Below the pieces are notes generated by a model. It was not told the DNA's origin. It did not search any database and was given only the letters and a program-made list of their open reading frames with translations. The translations under genes and the position numbers were made by a program. A stretch of 64,000 nucleotides of DNA from Thermoleophilia bacterium (GTDB lineage: Bacteria; Actinomycetota; Thermoleophilia; RBG-16-64-13): the NCBI GenBank assembly GCA_040768135.1, contig JAXGNF010000001.1, forward strand, positions 16,257 through 80,256. The letters are read 5' to 3'. Of this stretch, positions 1-9,629 are shown in pieces (the stretch's first letter is position 1; each line of letters opens with the position of its first letter).

Positions 1-651
1 TCAACCCGGCTCATCCCGTACGACGAGTCTGCGTGTTCTTCGACGGCGTCGGGGCTGATGGGTTGCCAGAAGCTGGGCCAACCGGAGCCCGAATGGAATT
101 TCGTGGCGGAGTCGAAGAGCGGCAGATCGCAGGCGTAGCAGTGATAGACGCCGTCCTGCCAATGGTCATCGTATTCCCCTGAAGACGGGAACTCAGTCCC
201 TTTTTCGCGTAGGATCTTGTACCGGTCGGGCGGCAGAATGGTCTTCCACTCCTGCTCGGTATGTACCACCTTGTCGATCGATGTCACTATCGTCTCCTCC
301 ACGCCATCACGCCCATCACTTTCATCGGTGCATGCTCCTAGGCCGAAGGCCAAAGCGCAACCGGCCGCCGCTGCCACCAATACCATCAACACGGATCTCG
401 TATAGGTACTCAACGTCTCTTCCCCGCTCACTTCTCTCTTGACGTAGCCACCGGTCTACCCTTCTGTAGTTGCGACTATCCTCCGTGAATGGTGTAGAGG
501 GACCGGCACGTTCATTGGCTAGACACCAGTACCACGAATCGGCGGATTCCATTCCTCTTTGGAGCCGGACGGTGCCGCGTTTAGACTATCACCGGCCCTC
601 TCCCGTAGGCGGTTAGTTTAGTCGTGCTTATCTCCTGGTATCTTTCCCGGC

Positions 652-1446
652 ATGGAAGATGTCGTTCCTCGGAGGTTGTCGATGGCGATGGGGTTGTTTG
701 CGGGTGCGCTGGCAGTCGTGGCCGCTCTATTCGCGTTCATGAGCGGTTGTGGGGAGTCGGATGCCCTTGGTACCGGGGGCTCCGGAGAAGGCGACTCCAC
801 GAGCGTCGCGCTTCCCCCGATCGATCTGGCCGCTCCAAGTCACTTTCGTACTGCCTCTTTTGCTCTGGGCTGATTCTGGGGTTCGGAGGCCCAGTTCGGG
901 TGCCTCGAAGGAGTCATAAGGACTCGGGTCGGTTACACGGGAGGGACGAAAGAGGGGCCGACTTATTACAATCTCGGCGATCACTCCGAGACCGTGCAAC
1001 TTGATTTCGACCCCGACGTGATTACGTACGAGAGGCTTCTGGAGGTGTTCTTCGCGAGCCACGACGCTTCGCGTCGTAGTTCATCCCGTCAGTATATGTC
1101 GGCCATCTTCTTCCATAGTGTCGAGCAGGAACACGCTGCTCAGGCAGCCAAGGCGAAGGAGGAGCTGAAGCTGGGGAGGGCCGTGGAGACCCAGATCCTG
1201 AGGGCCGAGGTCTTCTATCCGGCCGAGGATTACCACCAGAAGTACGCGCTTCAAGCCGACTCGGCCCTTCTGGCCGAGTACCGAAGGATGTACCCGGATT
1301 TTGCCGGTCTAGTCGATTCCACCTCGGCCACTCGGGTCAACGCATACCTGTATGGGTGTGGAGACGCGGAGCAGTTGCGGCGTGAGCTGGACAGCCTGGG
1401 TTTGTCGGCGGAGGGCCGGAAGCGGCTGGTCGACAGGGTGGAGTAG
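652..1446 (+). CDS. msrA: Peptide methionine sulfoxide reductase MsrA, lipoprotein-type signal peptide, with an in-frame TGA (871-873) at the catalytic Cys position (candidate selenocysteine)
   Basis: ORFs 652..873 and 994..1446 are in the same frame and separated only by TGA. Read-through gives ...TASFALG-U-FWGSEAQF...GYTGG...PTYY...DFDP..ITYE.LLEVF...AEDYHQKY, matching the MsrA GCFWG/GYTGG/AEDYHQ motifs. The N-terminus has RR, a hydrophobic stretch and an FMSGC lipobox. Confidence 0.6.
886..906 (+). promoter_or_regulatory. SECIS-like stem-loop 12 nt downstream of the in-frame TGA (gaggc cc agttcg gg u gcctc)
   Basis: 5-bp GC-rich stem (886-890/902-906), bulged U at 901, 2 further bp, and an apical loop containing GUU. 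The position relative to the UGA is typical of bacterial SECIS elements. Confidence 0.4.
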
Positions 1447-1462
1447 GGACAGGGTTACTCTG

Positions 1463-1482
1463 CGGCCGGGTAGGACCCGGCA
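1463..1482 (+). terminator. GC-rich hairpin (gccggg-tagga-cccggc) just after the msrA stop, no U-tract
   Basis: 6-bp perfect inverted repeat 17 nt after the TAG stop. Confidence 0.25.
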
Positions 1483-1821
1483 GCCTGTCATCGCTGCAGT
1501 CCATTGGGATCACGCCAATCCAATCGGGAGAACTTAGATGATGAACCCGGCCGTCGTCGTTGCGCCTCGGGTTGAACTCCTTCGAGGCGTCGACTCCGGA
1601 TGACCGCCACTCCTCTGTTCATGCATATCGGTGTCGATCGCGAATGGTTGTAACGCCGCACGGTATCAGCTCGAGCGGAGTGGTTGCCCTCAGAGTGGCC
1701 GCGTTTCGAGTCAGGGCCGCCTGAGGCCCCGCGGTCTCGGGAGCCCCCAAAGGCCGTCCGGCAGGATAATTGCTAGTATGGCTCGGGGTGCGTCGGTTGG
1801 AGTTAAGACGCGGGATAGGTT

Positions 1822-3102
1822 TTGCTGAGAGATTATTATTTGGTCATCTATCTGGTGGTGGCCTTACGGCTCCTGCTGCCGCTACTCATCCCTCGCTGGC
1901 CCCTGTTCGGGATTCTCGTCTGCATGTTCGTGGACTCCGCCGACCAAAGTATCATGCAGGTCTTTGGGTTCGATCCGCCTTGGTATCAGGGTTACGACAA
2001 GGCTCTCGACATCTATTATCTGTCCATCGCCTATTTGGCCACCCTGCGAAACTGGGAGAATGTAGGGGCCTTTCAGATCAGCAGGGTTCTCTATTACCTC
2101 CGCCTCGTGGGAGTGCTTGCGTTCGAGTTGAGCGGAGCGCGCTGGCTGTTGTTCGCTTTTCCTAACGCCTTCGAGGCGTTTTTCGTCTATTACGAGATTG
2201 TTCGGCGTCGCGGGAGTCCGATGCTGCTTACCCGCAACGCTGCGGTGGTCGTGGTGGCTGTTATCTGGTTCCTATTCAAGTTGCCGCATGAGTGGTGGGT
2301 GCATATCGCCGGCCTCGACGCGACTGATTTCATCAAGACGAAGATCTTGGGTGCGACACTCAACACCCCGTTCTGGCGAGCGGTCGTTCAGGCTCCGGCA
2401 GTCACGGGAGCGCTCACCTTCATGGCGGCGCTAGCGGCTTTCAGCCTTTGGCAGTTCAAGAAGAGGAGAAGACGGAAGGCGGCCGAGGCCGAAGCTGCCG
2501 GTGAGGCTCCGAAGAGGCAGAGACGTAGACCGGCCCATTGGGCGCGGCCGGCTAGGGTGGCCGGGTTGCTTCACGCTGCGGATCCCTTGTATCAAGCGCA
2601 GCGGAGGCTTCGCATAGTCATTATGCGGGGCCATACCGCGACTACGGTGCGGCCGTGGGTACTTATAGAGAAGACCGTCTTGGTCAGCATCGTGTCGGTG
2701 GTATTTCAGCAAATTCTGCCCGGTCTGAAAGCCAACGGGATCCAGACCGCCCTGTTCATCGCACTCGCGATAATTGCCACCGACTTCCTGTTACGTTGGG
2801 TGCTTAGGCGCTTCGGAGTACCCAGCTCGCCGGGCGTGGACCTCCTCGTCACTGCGTTACTGAACTTCTCGTTTGTGCTGATCTTCCAGTTGGTCGTTCC
2901 GCTGATCCCACCGCAGTACACCCTGCGCTCGGCCCTCACGTTCGCAGGGTTGATCACCCTGTTCGTCACTCTATACGATCACTATAGGCCCATTTATGAC
3001 GTGCGGGCCCATGATCCAAGCAGGCAGCGAGACGATGTGGGTAGGCGTCTTCTGGAATCGCCGTTGAGCCGGAGCGGGGCCGGAGACCCGCAAGGGTCGT
3101 GA
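1822..3102 (+). CDS. Hypothetical polytopic membrane protein with a polybasic internal segment (KKRRRRKAAEAEAAGEAPKRQRRRP)
   Basis: Long ORF with multiple hydrophobic segments and no recognisable family motif. Confidence 0.45.
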   Translation: MLRDYYLVIYLVVALRLLLPLLIPRWPLFGILVCMFVDSADQSIMQVFGFDPPWYQGYDKALDIYYLSIAYLATLRNWENVGAFQISRVLYYLRLVGVLAFELSGARWLLFAFPNAFEAFFVYYEIVRRRGSPMLLTRNAAVVVVAVIWFLFKLPHEWWVHIAGLDATDFIKTKILGATLNTPFWRAVVQAPAVTGALTFMAALAAFSLWQFKKRRRRKAAEAEAAGEAPKRQRRRPAHWARPARVAGLLHAADPLYQAQRRLRIVIMRGHTATTVRPWVLIEKTVLVSIVSVVFQQILPGLKANGIQTALFIALAIIATDFLLRWVLRRFGVPSSPGVDLLVTALLNFSFVLIFQLVVPLIPPQYTLRSALTFAGLITLFVTLYDHYRPIYDVRAHDPSRQRDDVGRRLLESPLSRSGAGDPQGS

Positions 3103-3105
3103 GAG

Positions 3106-3753
3106 ATGGATCTCGTTCTGGATTATCTCGTCAATGCGAACGTGTATGTCGCCGACCTCGTCGAGACGCTCGGCCCGTGGGCCTATGTGGTGATCTTCAT
3201 GACCATATTCGCGGAGATCGGCCTGGTGGTGCTCACCATCCTGCCCGGAGAGTCGCTTCTGTTAGCAACCGGGACATTGGCCGGTCTCGGTATTCTTAAT
3301 ATCGGTGTTCTGGCCCCCCTACTGTTCGTTGCGGCCTTCGCCGGGATCCTCTCCAATTTCTTCATTGGACGTTTTGCAGGGCGTTGGTTTGTGAGCAGGC
3401 CTCGGCGTCTGCTGGATCCGGAGAACATAGCCCGAGTGCGACGCTTCTACGAAAGATACGGATCTCTTACCATTGCGGTGTCGCGCTTTTTGCCCGTCTT
3501 ACGGACTTTGGCGCCCTTCGTGGCCGGATTAGTTCGCATGGAGGTCCACCGCGTGGCCCCGTTTGCCGCTATTGCTGCCGGTGCTTGGATAGGGGTCTTC
3601 TTAGGCTCGGGCTATGGGTTGGGGACGGCCGACTGGGTGAGGAGGTATTTGGTCGTGGTGCTCGTCGGTATTGTCATCGTGTCCGGAATACCAGGTATCG
3701 GGGGCTACGTAGTGGAGCGCCGGCGGCGGAAGGGCGGGCGCGGGGGTAGTTGA
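3106..3753 (+). CDS. DedA/SNARE-associated family membrane protein
   Basis: Carries the ...VVLTILPGESLLLATG... signature and multiple TM segments; size ~215 aa. Confidence 0.7.
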   Translation: MDLVLDYLVNANVYVADLVETLGPWAYVVIFMTIFAEIGLVVLTILPGESLLLATGTLAGLGILNIGVLAPLLFVAAFAGILSNFFIGRFAGRWFVSRPRRLLDPENIARVRRFYERYGSLTIAVSRFLPVLRTLAPFVAGLVRMEVHRVAPFAAIAAGAWIGVFLGSGYGLGTADWVRRYLVVVLVGIVIVSGIPGIGGYVVERRRRKGGRGGS

Positions 3754-4115
3754 CAAGAGGTGCTGCGCTGATCGATGTAGGAGGCGCTTACCGATAGAGC
3801 GCCGGCGCCTCACTTGGTTCGCGTGTTGTTGCCTGAAGATGCGCTGTTACAGATCGATTGTGGAGAGCAGGTCCGTATCCCAAACCGGTTGCTGGTTTCT
3901 CGCTTTCGTGCATGTCTGGAGACGGACTCTATTCCAACCAGGAGTTTCGTCTAGTGACCGGTCTCGCAGGTCCTCGAAGCCGAACAGGGTAACCCCGCGT
4001 TCAGGGTCCTATTTGTTCCGCCTGCCGGCAGGGATCAAAGTGAAACCAACCTTGCTCCAATGGGGGTGGGGGCGTAGCCGGCAAGGAGGGGGCCAGGTCA
4101 AAGGCCCGGGAAAAG

Positions 4116-4610
4116 TCAGTGCGCGACGTCTTCCTTCTTGGCCGCAACCATATCCAGGGTCCGTTCTACGGCGAATCGAATGTAATTGTTGGTACATCTC
4201 TCTGGGCCGCCACTGGACTGGAACTCATTCCTGTTCGCATCGTCTCGCAGCAATGGATATCCGCTTAAGTCGGCACAGCGCACCGACCCATGTGCCTCTA
4301 CCCAGCCGTCGTAGTACGTCTGGACATCGTCAATGATGAGCTCGCTGATGCAACCTTCAGGCCCGTCTTGAGTTGCTCGGGCCGCACCTATTGCCATAAG
4401 CCCGGCGGCAAAAGCTCCACAGAGTGAACCGTTGCCACCTATCCCGCCTCCGAAGCCGGCGGCGACGAAGCGCAGGCTAGTCCCTTCCAACAGCAAGGCT
4501 TTGCTCAGTATTTCAGCGGTGATCTCGGCGCAGCTGCAATGGGGACCGACATCCAAAGCGGCAAGCGTGTCTGCCAGCACGGCGTTGAAGTCAATACTGT
4601 TGTTGCTCAC
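4116..4610 (-). CDS. C_GCAxxG_C_C family putative redox-active protein
   Basis: N-terminal HCSCAE and central CGAFAAG motifs with a Gly-rich FGGGIGG segment; ~164 aa. Confidence 0.5.
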   Translation of the reverse strand: MSNNSIDFNAVLADTLAALDVGPHCSCAEITAEILSKALLLEGTSLRFVAAGFGGGIGGNGSLCGAFAAGLMAIGAARATQDGPEGCISELIIDDVQTYYDGWVEAHGSVRCADLSGYPLLRDDANRNEFQSSGGPERCTNNYIRFAVERTLDMVAAKKEDVAH

Positions 4611-4709
4611 GCGTGTTCCTCTTCGCTTAGAACTGGTGCCCCTCGAAGAAGGGCATTCCCCACCGACCGGTCAACGTGGCCCGGCCGGTGGGGACTTTGG
4701 CGGTTGGGG

Positions 4710-5999
4710 TTAGCCGATTGGACGCACGGTCACAATCTTGTTGTCTTCTATCTGCATGAGATAGACGGCCGCCTGCAGTTGGCCATTGATCCAACTGAAG
4801 GGAGCTTGGAGTCCCTTGAACTCACGTGAGTTGTTAAGGGCCTCGGCGATTGCCTGTCGTTCTTCCGTTCTCTTGGCCGGATCGCCGGTGATCTTCAGAT
4901 CCTCCATGACACCTGCGATGGCATACATGGCGTTGTAATGGGTGACGGGGGTGTTGATGACGAGGGGCTGACCGTCGTGGGCGGCACTGAAGGCTTCTGC
5001 AAAAGCCACATACTCGGGGTTTGTGTTATTCGGGTCGAAGTTGTTGTAGCCGTAGGCTCCTTCCAGAGTGCCCTGGGCTAGATCCAGCAGGCCGGCACCC
5101 AAAGCGGCGAACGTCATGTATATGCGCCGAGCCTCGGTCATGCCGCGCTTGTTGAGTTCGATGCCGATTTTGGCCATCTCTTCCTGGCGGAGAATACATA
5201 CGTAGCCGTCGGCTTTGGCATCCAGCGCCTGGACCGCCGGAGTGGCTAGGTCGAGCTGGCCGGCCTTGACTTCTATTTCTTTGACGTAGGTCACGCCGGC
5301 TGCTTCAAGCGCCTGCTTGGCAAGTTTGTAGCCGTCGTAAGCGCCCGGGTCGGACGGGTCACCGAAGGCGACTACTTTAGTGATGTCAGGATTCTCCTCG
5401 ATCCAAGCCACCACGGCTAGGTGGTCGGCGTTGTCGGCCATATAGAAGCAGGTGTAGGGAGCCGAACTCTCCCGGATGGCTTTGTTGGACACTGCGCATA
5501 TGGCCGGCACTTTGTTTTCAAAATAGATGGGGGCGCACGCCTCACCGCTAGGTGCGTCCATTGGACCCAGTACCACCAAGGCATCACCGATCGCAGCTGT
5601 GGCGAGCGATACGGCCTTGGCAGTGTCGAAAGCGGTATCGGACAGCTTGAGTTTTACCGGCACACCCCTGATGCCGCCCGCCGCATTGATCTCGTCGACC
5701 GCGCGCTGAGCTCCCCAAGCGGCAGGTTCTCCCGCGAAGGCCACTGGGCCGCTCGTCACACTAAGCTGAGGGATAACCCATTCATTAACCGCCACGGGCG
5801 CCTCCGCAACGGTCGTTTCCGTGGGAGCCGCCGTGGTGTCAGTCGGGGCTGCCGTAGTATCGGTTGGAGCCGCTGTAGTTGCCGTGGGCGCAGCAGTTGT
5901 AGTTGTGGCTTTGTCGTCACCGCACCCCGCGAAGGCGAGCACCATGACGCCCAGCAACAGTGCTGCCAGCAACAGACGGCCATACGTCTTCATCTTCAT
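4710..5999 (-). CDS. Branched-chain amino acid (Liv-type) ABC transporter substrate-binding lipoprotein with a Thr/Ala/Pro-rich linker
   Basis: MKMKTYGRLLLAALLLGVMVLAFAGC lipoprotein signal, a (TTAAPTxT)n linker, and a periplasmic binding fold. GGGAGG RBS upstream of the ATG at 5999. Confidence 0.8.
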   Translation of the reverse strand: MKMKTYGRLLLAALLLGVMVLAFAGCGDDKATTTTAAPTATTAAPTDTTAAPTDTTAAPTETTVAEAPVAVNEWVIPQLSVTSGPVAFAGEPAAWGAQRAVDEINAAGGIRGVPVKLKLSDTAFDTAKAVSLATAAIGDALVVLGPMDAPSGEACAPIYFENKVPAICAVSNKAIRESSAPYTCFYMADNADHLAVVAWIEENPDITKVVAFGDPSDPGAYDGYKLAKQALEAAGVTYVKEIEVKAGQLDLATPAVQALDAKADGYVCILRQEEMAKIGIELNKRGMTEARRIYMTFAALGAGLLDLAQGTLEGAYGYNNFDPNNTNPEYVAFAEAFSAAHDGQPLVINTPVTHYNAMYAIAGVMEDLKITGDPAKRTEERQAIAEALNNSREFKGLQAPFSWINGQLQAAVYLMQIEDNKIVTVRPIG

Positions 6000-6113
6000 C
6001 GTCTTGTTCCTCCCATAACTCCCATAATCATCGTCATCTTGTCTCCTCCACAACCCACGCCCATGTCCAGTCCAAACACCTCCCCTTCCGGCTTTCTGCA
6101 GGCAAGTCTTCGC

Positions 6114-6992
6114 TCACTCCGTCTTGGCGACCCTGCCCCTGTCGTGTCCGAATCGAGCGAATAGACTCCGTACTCGACGCTCGATACCGCGCGTTATGAT
6201 CCCCTCTGGCCTGGAGACCAGGACGATAATAAGTACCGCCCCGTAGATGAAGTTCGTGTACGCCACTGCTTGAGAAGGAAGCCACTGCGGCAGCCCCCAC
6301 AGGATGGGGACCGAGATGAAGGCGCCCCACATCGTGTAACGACCCCCGAGGAAAAGCATGGCTGCCGTCGTCAGCATAACCGAGAAACCAAATGTCTCCG
6401 GCCGCAGAGTTCTCAGATTCACGGCGTATACGGCTCCTGCCAGGCCGCCGATGATTGATGACGCCGTTAAGGCAAATACAGTGAGCCGGCGGATATTCAC
6501 TCCCATCGATCGGGCGAGGTCGGGGTCGGTCCCGATTACCTCTATCGCCCGCCCGATTCGCGAATGATCAAGCCGGTAGATCAGCGCCCCGATGACTACC
6601 ACCAGTGCCCATGTGAAAGGCAGGAGGTAGGTGATCTTGGGTACTCCCCAGAAGCCTTTCGCGCCACCCACGAAGTCGACATTGCCGATGATGGCCTGGA
6701 TTATGAAAATCAGAGCCATGGACGCGACGGCTGTGACTACCCCGGTGGTGCGTGAGAACCCAAGGGCGGGGAAGAACCCGAAGATGCCACCTAGGATCGC
6801 AGAGCCGATGACTGCCACTATGAAGGGGAGGCCCAATTTGGTGACCGCATAGGCAGCGAAGTAGCCGCCTATCGCCATGCAGTAGACGGGACCGTTATAA
6901 AGCTGGCCTGCCCGAAACGGTATGTAGAACGCCCACACAAGCAGGATGTAGGCTCCCGTAAAAACTAGATAGAGGCTGAGGGATGCCGACAT
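6114..6992 (-). CDS. Branched-chain amino acid ABC transporter permease (LivM-like)
   Basis: Polytopic permease. Likely start is the ATG at 6992 with an AGGAGG RBS; the longer ORF extension is not supported. Confidence 0.8.
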   Translation of the reverse strand: MSASLSLYLVFTGAYILLVWAFYIPFRAGQLYNGPVYCMAIGGYFAAYAVTKLGLPFIVAVIGSAILGGIFGFFPALGFSRTTGVVTAVASMALIFIIQAIIGNVDFVGGAKGFWGVPKITYLLPFTWALVVVIGALIYRLDHSRIGRAIEVIGTDPDLARSMGVNIRRLTVFALTASSIIGGLAGAVYAVNLRTLRPETFGFSVMLTTAAMLFLGGRYTMWGAFISVPILWGLPQWLPSQAVAYTNFIYGAVLIIVLVSRPEGIITRGIERRVRSLFARFGHDRGRVAKTE

Positions 6993-7041
6993 GTCTCGTG
7001 ATCCTCCTAACCCGCCTCGTTTGTCTGGCCGAAATGGAGGC

Positions 7042-7917
7042 TCATGTCCGGCTCCCAAACAAGCCCTGAGGTCTCCATAGGATGACCAGCATCAAGACCC
7101 CGAAGAAGACCGCCTGCGACCAGCGGCCGGGCAGATGGAAGATAGCCATGGACTCGGCAATGCCCATAACAACGGCGCTGATCAAGCCTCCTTTGAGATT
7201 GCCCATGCCCGCGAAGAGCACGAGAATCATGCCCTTGACCGCGTACGAATCGCCCAATTCCGCGGAAACCGACCCAACACTCATGGCCATGAGCACTCCG
7301 ATCAGTCCTGCGAGAGCACCGGCTACTGCGAACCCATAAACCCCTGTTCTGCCGAAGGGGATTCCCAGGATCTTGGCAATTTCAGTGTTCTGGGCCATGG
7401 CTCGAACGGCTCGTCCCTGGCGTGTACGATAAAGGAAGTAGATCAGCAAGATCACGGCTACGATGCCGGCGGCGATAACGTAGATGTTCGCAAGGGTGAA
7501 GCTGACGAGACCCAGCTGGACCATGCCCCCTCCGCCGTACAGTGTCTGCGGGAAGCTCATGGGGACGCCCTTGTTGAAAAAGTGCGACACCACGTCTGTG
7601 AGGATGATGGCCACTCCCTGCGCCACTACGACCGTCTCGAGAAAGGATTTGCGGGCGACCAGCCGTCGGAATAGCGGCTCGGTGAGTAGGGTAATCGCGA
7701 TGCCGGCGATAAGAATCACGATGATGCCGGCAGCCAGGTTTCCACCCGTCTTAGTGAGCACAAGCCAGCCGATCGCCATAGAGACCATGACGATGTGTGC
7801 GTAGCCGAAGTGAACGACCTGTCGTACTACAATGAGCAGGTTTGTACCGAGTACTATGAGCGCGTAGACGCTTCCAATAACGATCCCGTTGATTACTTGG
7901 GCCGCGAAGACGCTCAC
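7042..7917 (-). CDS. Branched-chain amino acid ABC transporter permease (LivH-like)
   Basis: N-terminus MSVFAAQVINGIVIGSVYALI is typical of LivH. Confidence 0.85.
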   Translation of the reverse strand: MSVFAAQVINGIVIGSVYALIVLGTNLLIVVRQVVHFGYAHIVMVSMAIGWLVLTKTGGNLAAGIIVILIAGIAITLLTEPLFRRLVARKSFLETVVVAQGVAIILTDVVSHFFNKGVPMSFPQTLYGGGGMVQLGLVSFTLANIYVIAAGIVAVILLIYFLYRTRQGRAVRAMAQNTEIAKILGIPFGRTGVYGFAVAGALAGLIGVLMAMSVGSVSAELGDSYAVKGMILVLFAGMGNLKGGLISAVVMGIAESMAIFHLPGRWSQAVFFGVLMLVILWRPQGLFGSRT

Positions 7918-8699
7918 TGGGCATCTCCTCCCTCCGGCCGACCCTCAGCCGTTTCGTCTTCAACGCCGGCCTCAGTGCCTCCTAGATATGCTCGTTGTAC
8001 GTCCGGATCGCAACTAAGTTCAGCACAGGTGCCTTCGACTGCGTTGGTGCCCAGGTGGAGCACATACCCTCTGTCTGCGTACTGAAGTGCCTTTCTCGCG
8101 TTTTGCTCGGAGAGCAGAATTGTTTGCTTGTTCTGTTTCAGTTCAGCGAGGGTCTCCAGGATTTGGTTGATCACCAGCGGTGCGAGCCCGATGGAAGGCT
8201 CATCGACCAGAAGTAATCTCGGGGAGGAGACCAAAGCGCGGGCTATGGCTAGTAACTGCTGTTGACCGCCGCTTAGAGTGCCGGCGTTCTGGCCACGTCG
8301 CTCCATTAGAAGCGGAAACCGCTCGAGTACGTTGTTTATGTGGGCAGTGGCATTGCGTCTGACGTGGTAGGCGCCCAGCTGGAGGTTCTCCATGACCGTC
8401 ATCCCAGCCAGGATGCCTCTCCCTTCGGGCACCATCGATATGCCGGCAGCCACCAGGCGCTCTGTCTTCTCGCGAGTGATGTCTCGACCTAAATACTCCA
8501 CACGTCCTCTTTGAGCGGGCTGGACACCCAAGATGGCATTCAGAAGGGTCGACTTGCCTGCACCATTGCTCCCGAGCAGGACGACGAACTCGCCCTCGTG
8601 GACTTCGATGCTCACGCCTCGTAATGCCTGGATGTGACCATACGAGACCCAGAGATCGGCGACGCTTAATACCGTACCGGCACCGCTGGTGTCACTCAT
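7914..8699 (-). CDS. ABC transporter ATP-binding protein (LivF-like)
   Basis: Walker A GSNGAGKST, LSGGQQQ signature and Walker B LLLVDEP. Confidence 0.85.
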   Translation of the reverse strand: MSDTSGAGTVLSVADLWVSYGHIQALRGVSIEVHEGEFVVLLGSNGAGKSTLLNAILGVQPAQRGRVEYLGRDITREKTERLVAAGISMVPEGRGILAGMTVMENLQLGAYHVRRNATAHINNVLERFPLLMERRGQNAGTLSGGQQQLLAIARALVSSPRLLLVDEPSIGLAPLVINQILETLAELKQNKQTILLSEQNARKALQYADRGYVLHLGTNAVEGTCAELSCDPDVQRAYLGGTEAGVEDETAEGRPEGGDAQ

Positions 8700-9414
8700 T
8701 ATCAGCCCCCAGGTAGGCTTCGATAACTGCGGGATCCGTCTGGACGTCCGCCGGCCGACCGTCGGCGATTTTCTCGCCGAAGTTGATCACGGTGACGAAG
8801 TCGGCGATGCGATTGACGAGTTTCACATCGTGGGATACCAGCAGGATCGTGACCCCGGAGTCTCGGACCTGCTGGATGATGTTCTGAACAGCAAGAGACT
8901 CAGACTCTCCCATACCGGCCGTAGGCTCGTCTAAGAGGAGAAGCTTGGGCTCAGCGGCTAGAGCGCGGGCGATCTGCAACAGCTGTCGTTGTACCCACAC
9001 CAGATCAGAGGCCGGGCGATCGGCGAATGACGCCAGCCCGACGAATTCAAGCAACTCGTGAGACCGTCCCCGCATATCTCTCTCTTGCTTTGAACGGGTA
9101 AACGGCGGTCGGAAATACGTTCCCAGCAGGTCGGTCTTCGTCCGACAGTAGCGTCCGGCCATGACGTTCTCGAGGCAGGTCATGCGTTCCATGACTCTGG
9201 CCATCTGAAATGTACGAGCTATCCCTAGCTTGGTGATGTCTTTCGCGGGCAACCCTAAAATGTGTGACCCTTGAAAATAGATCTGCCCTGAGGTTGCAGG
9301 TAGAAGGCCTGACACAAGGTTGATGAAGGTCGTCTTGCCCGAGCCATTGGGGCCGATCAGTCCTCGGATGGTTCCTTCTTCAATGGACAGGTCAACACCA
9401 TCGAGAGCGTGCAC
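8692..9414 (-). CDS. ABC transporter ATP-binding protein (LivG-like); true start probably upstream of the annotated GTG
   Basis: Walker A GPNGSGKTT. A conserved LivG-like N-terminal strand (TLETLVTIGLSKHFEG) continues in frame upstream to ~9480 with no ATG/GTG/TTG. Confidence 0.8.
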   Translation of the reverse strand: MHALDGVDLSIEEGTIRGLIGPNGSGKTTFINLVSGLLPATSGQIYFQGSHILGLPAKDITKLGIARTFQMARVMERMTCLENVMAGRYCRTKTDLLGTYFRPPFTRSKQERDMRGRSHELLEFVGLASFADRPASDLVWVQRQLLQIARALAAEPKLLLLDEPTAGMGESESLAVQNIIQQVRDSGVTILLVSHDVKLVNRIADFVTVINFGEKIADGRPADVQTDPAVIEAYLGADNE

Positions 9415-9629
9415 CCCCTCAAAGTGCTTGCTAAGCCCGATTGTGACGAGTGTCTCCAGAGTCTTCCTCTGTGTCTTATGGTAGAATTATCAGGTAAATA
9501 AACCTTTGTTGGCCCAAAGAATAGAGGTCCAGCGGGTCGGTGTCAACTATCCATTGAGCCTGCGCGCGACATGATTCGTTCTTCACATATGCAAGAGGTT
9601 GCTACCTTGGGCTATCGCACCTTACCGCA

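Noticed and set aside
727-1062. 111-aa minus-strand ORF overlapping msrA
   Set aside because: Antisense to a well-supported MsrA reading frame, with no motifs. A typical high-GC shadow ORF.
652-1446. msrA as a nonsense-mutated pseudogene
   Set aside because: Considered. The single TGA falls exactly on the catalytic Cys codon, the rest of the frame is intact, and a SECIS-like hairpin follows. Sec recoding is more likely, though not proven.
3754-4115. Possible tRNA or small RNA in the 360-nt intergenic region
   Set aside because: I found no cloverleaf-compatible acceptor/T-arm pattern (no GTTCRANYC box with a matching acceptor stem). Only a short GC palindrome (gcgccggcgc) is present.
5421-6164. 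247-aa plus-strand ORF opposite the Liv SBP gene
   Set aside because: Arg/Gly-rich shadow ORF antisense to a strongly supported SBP gene.
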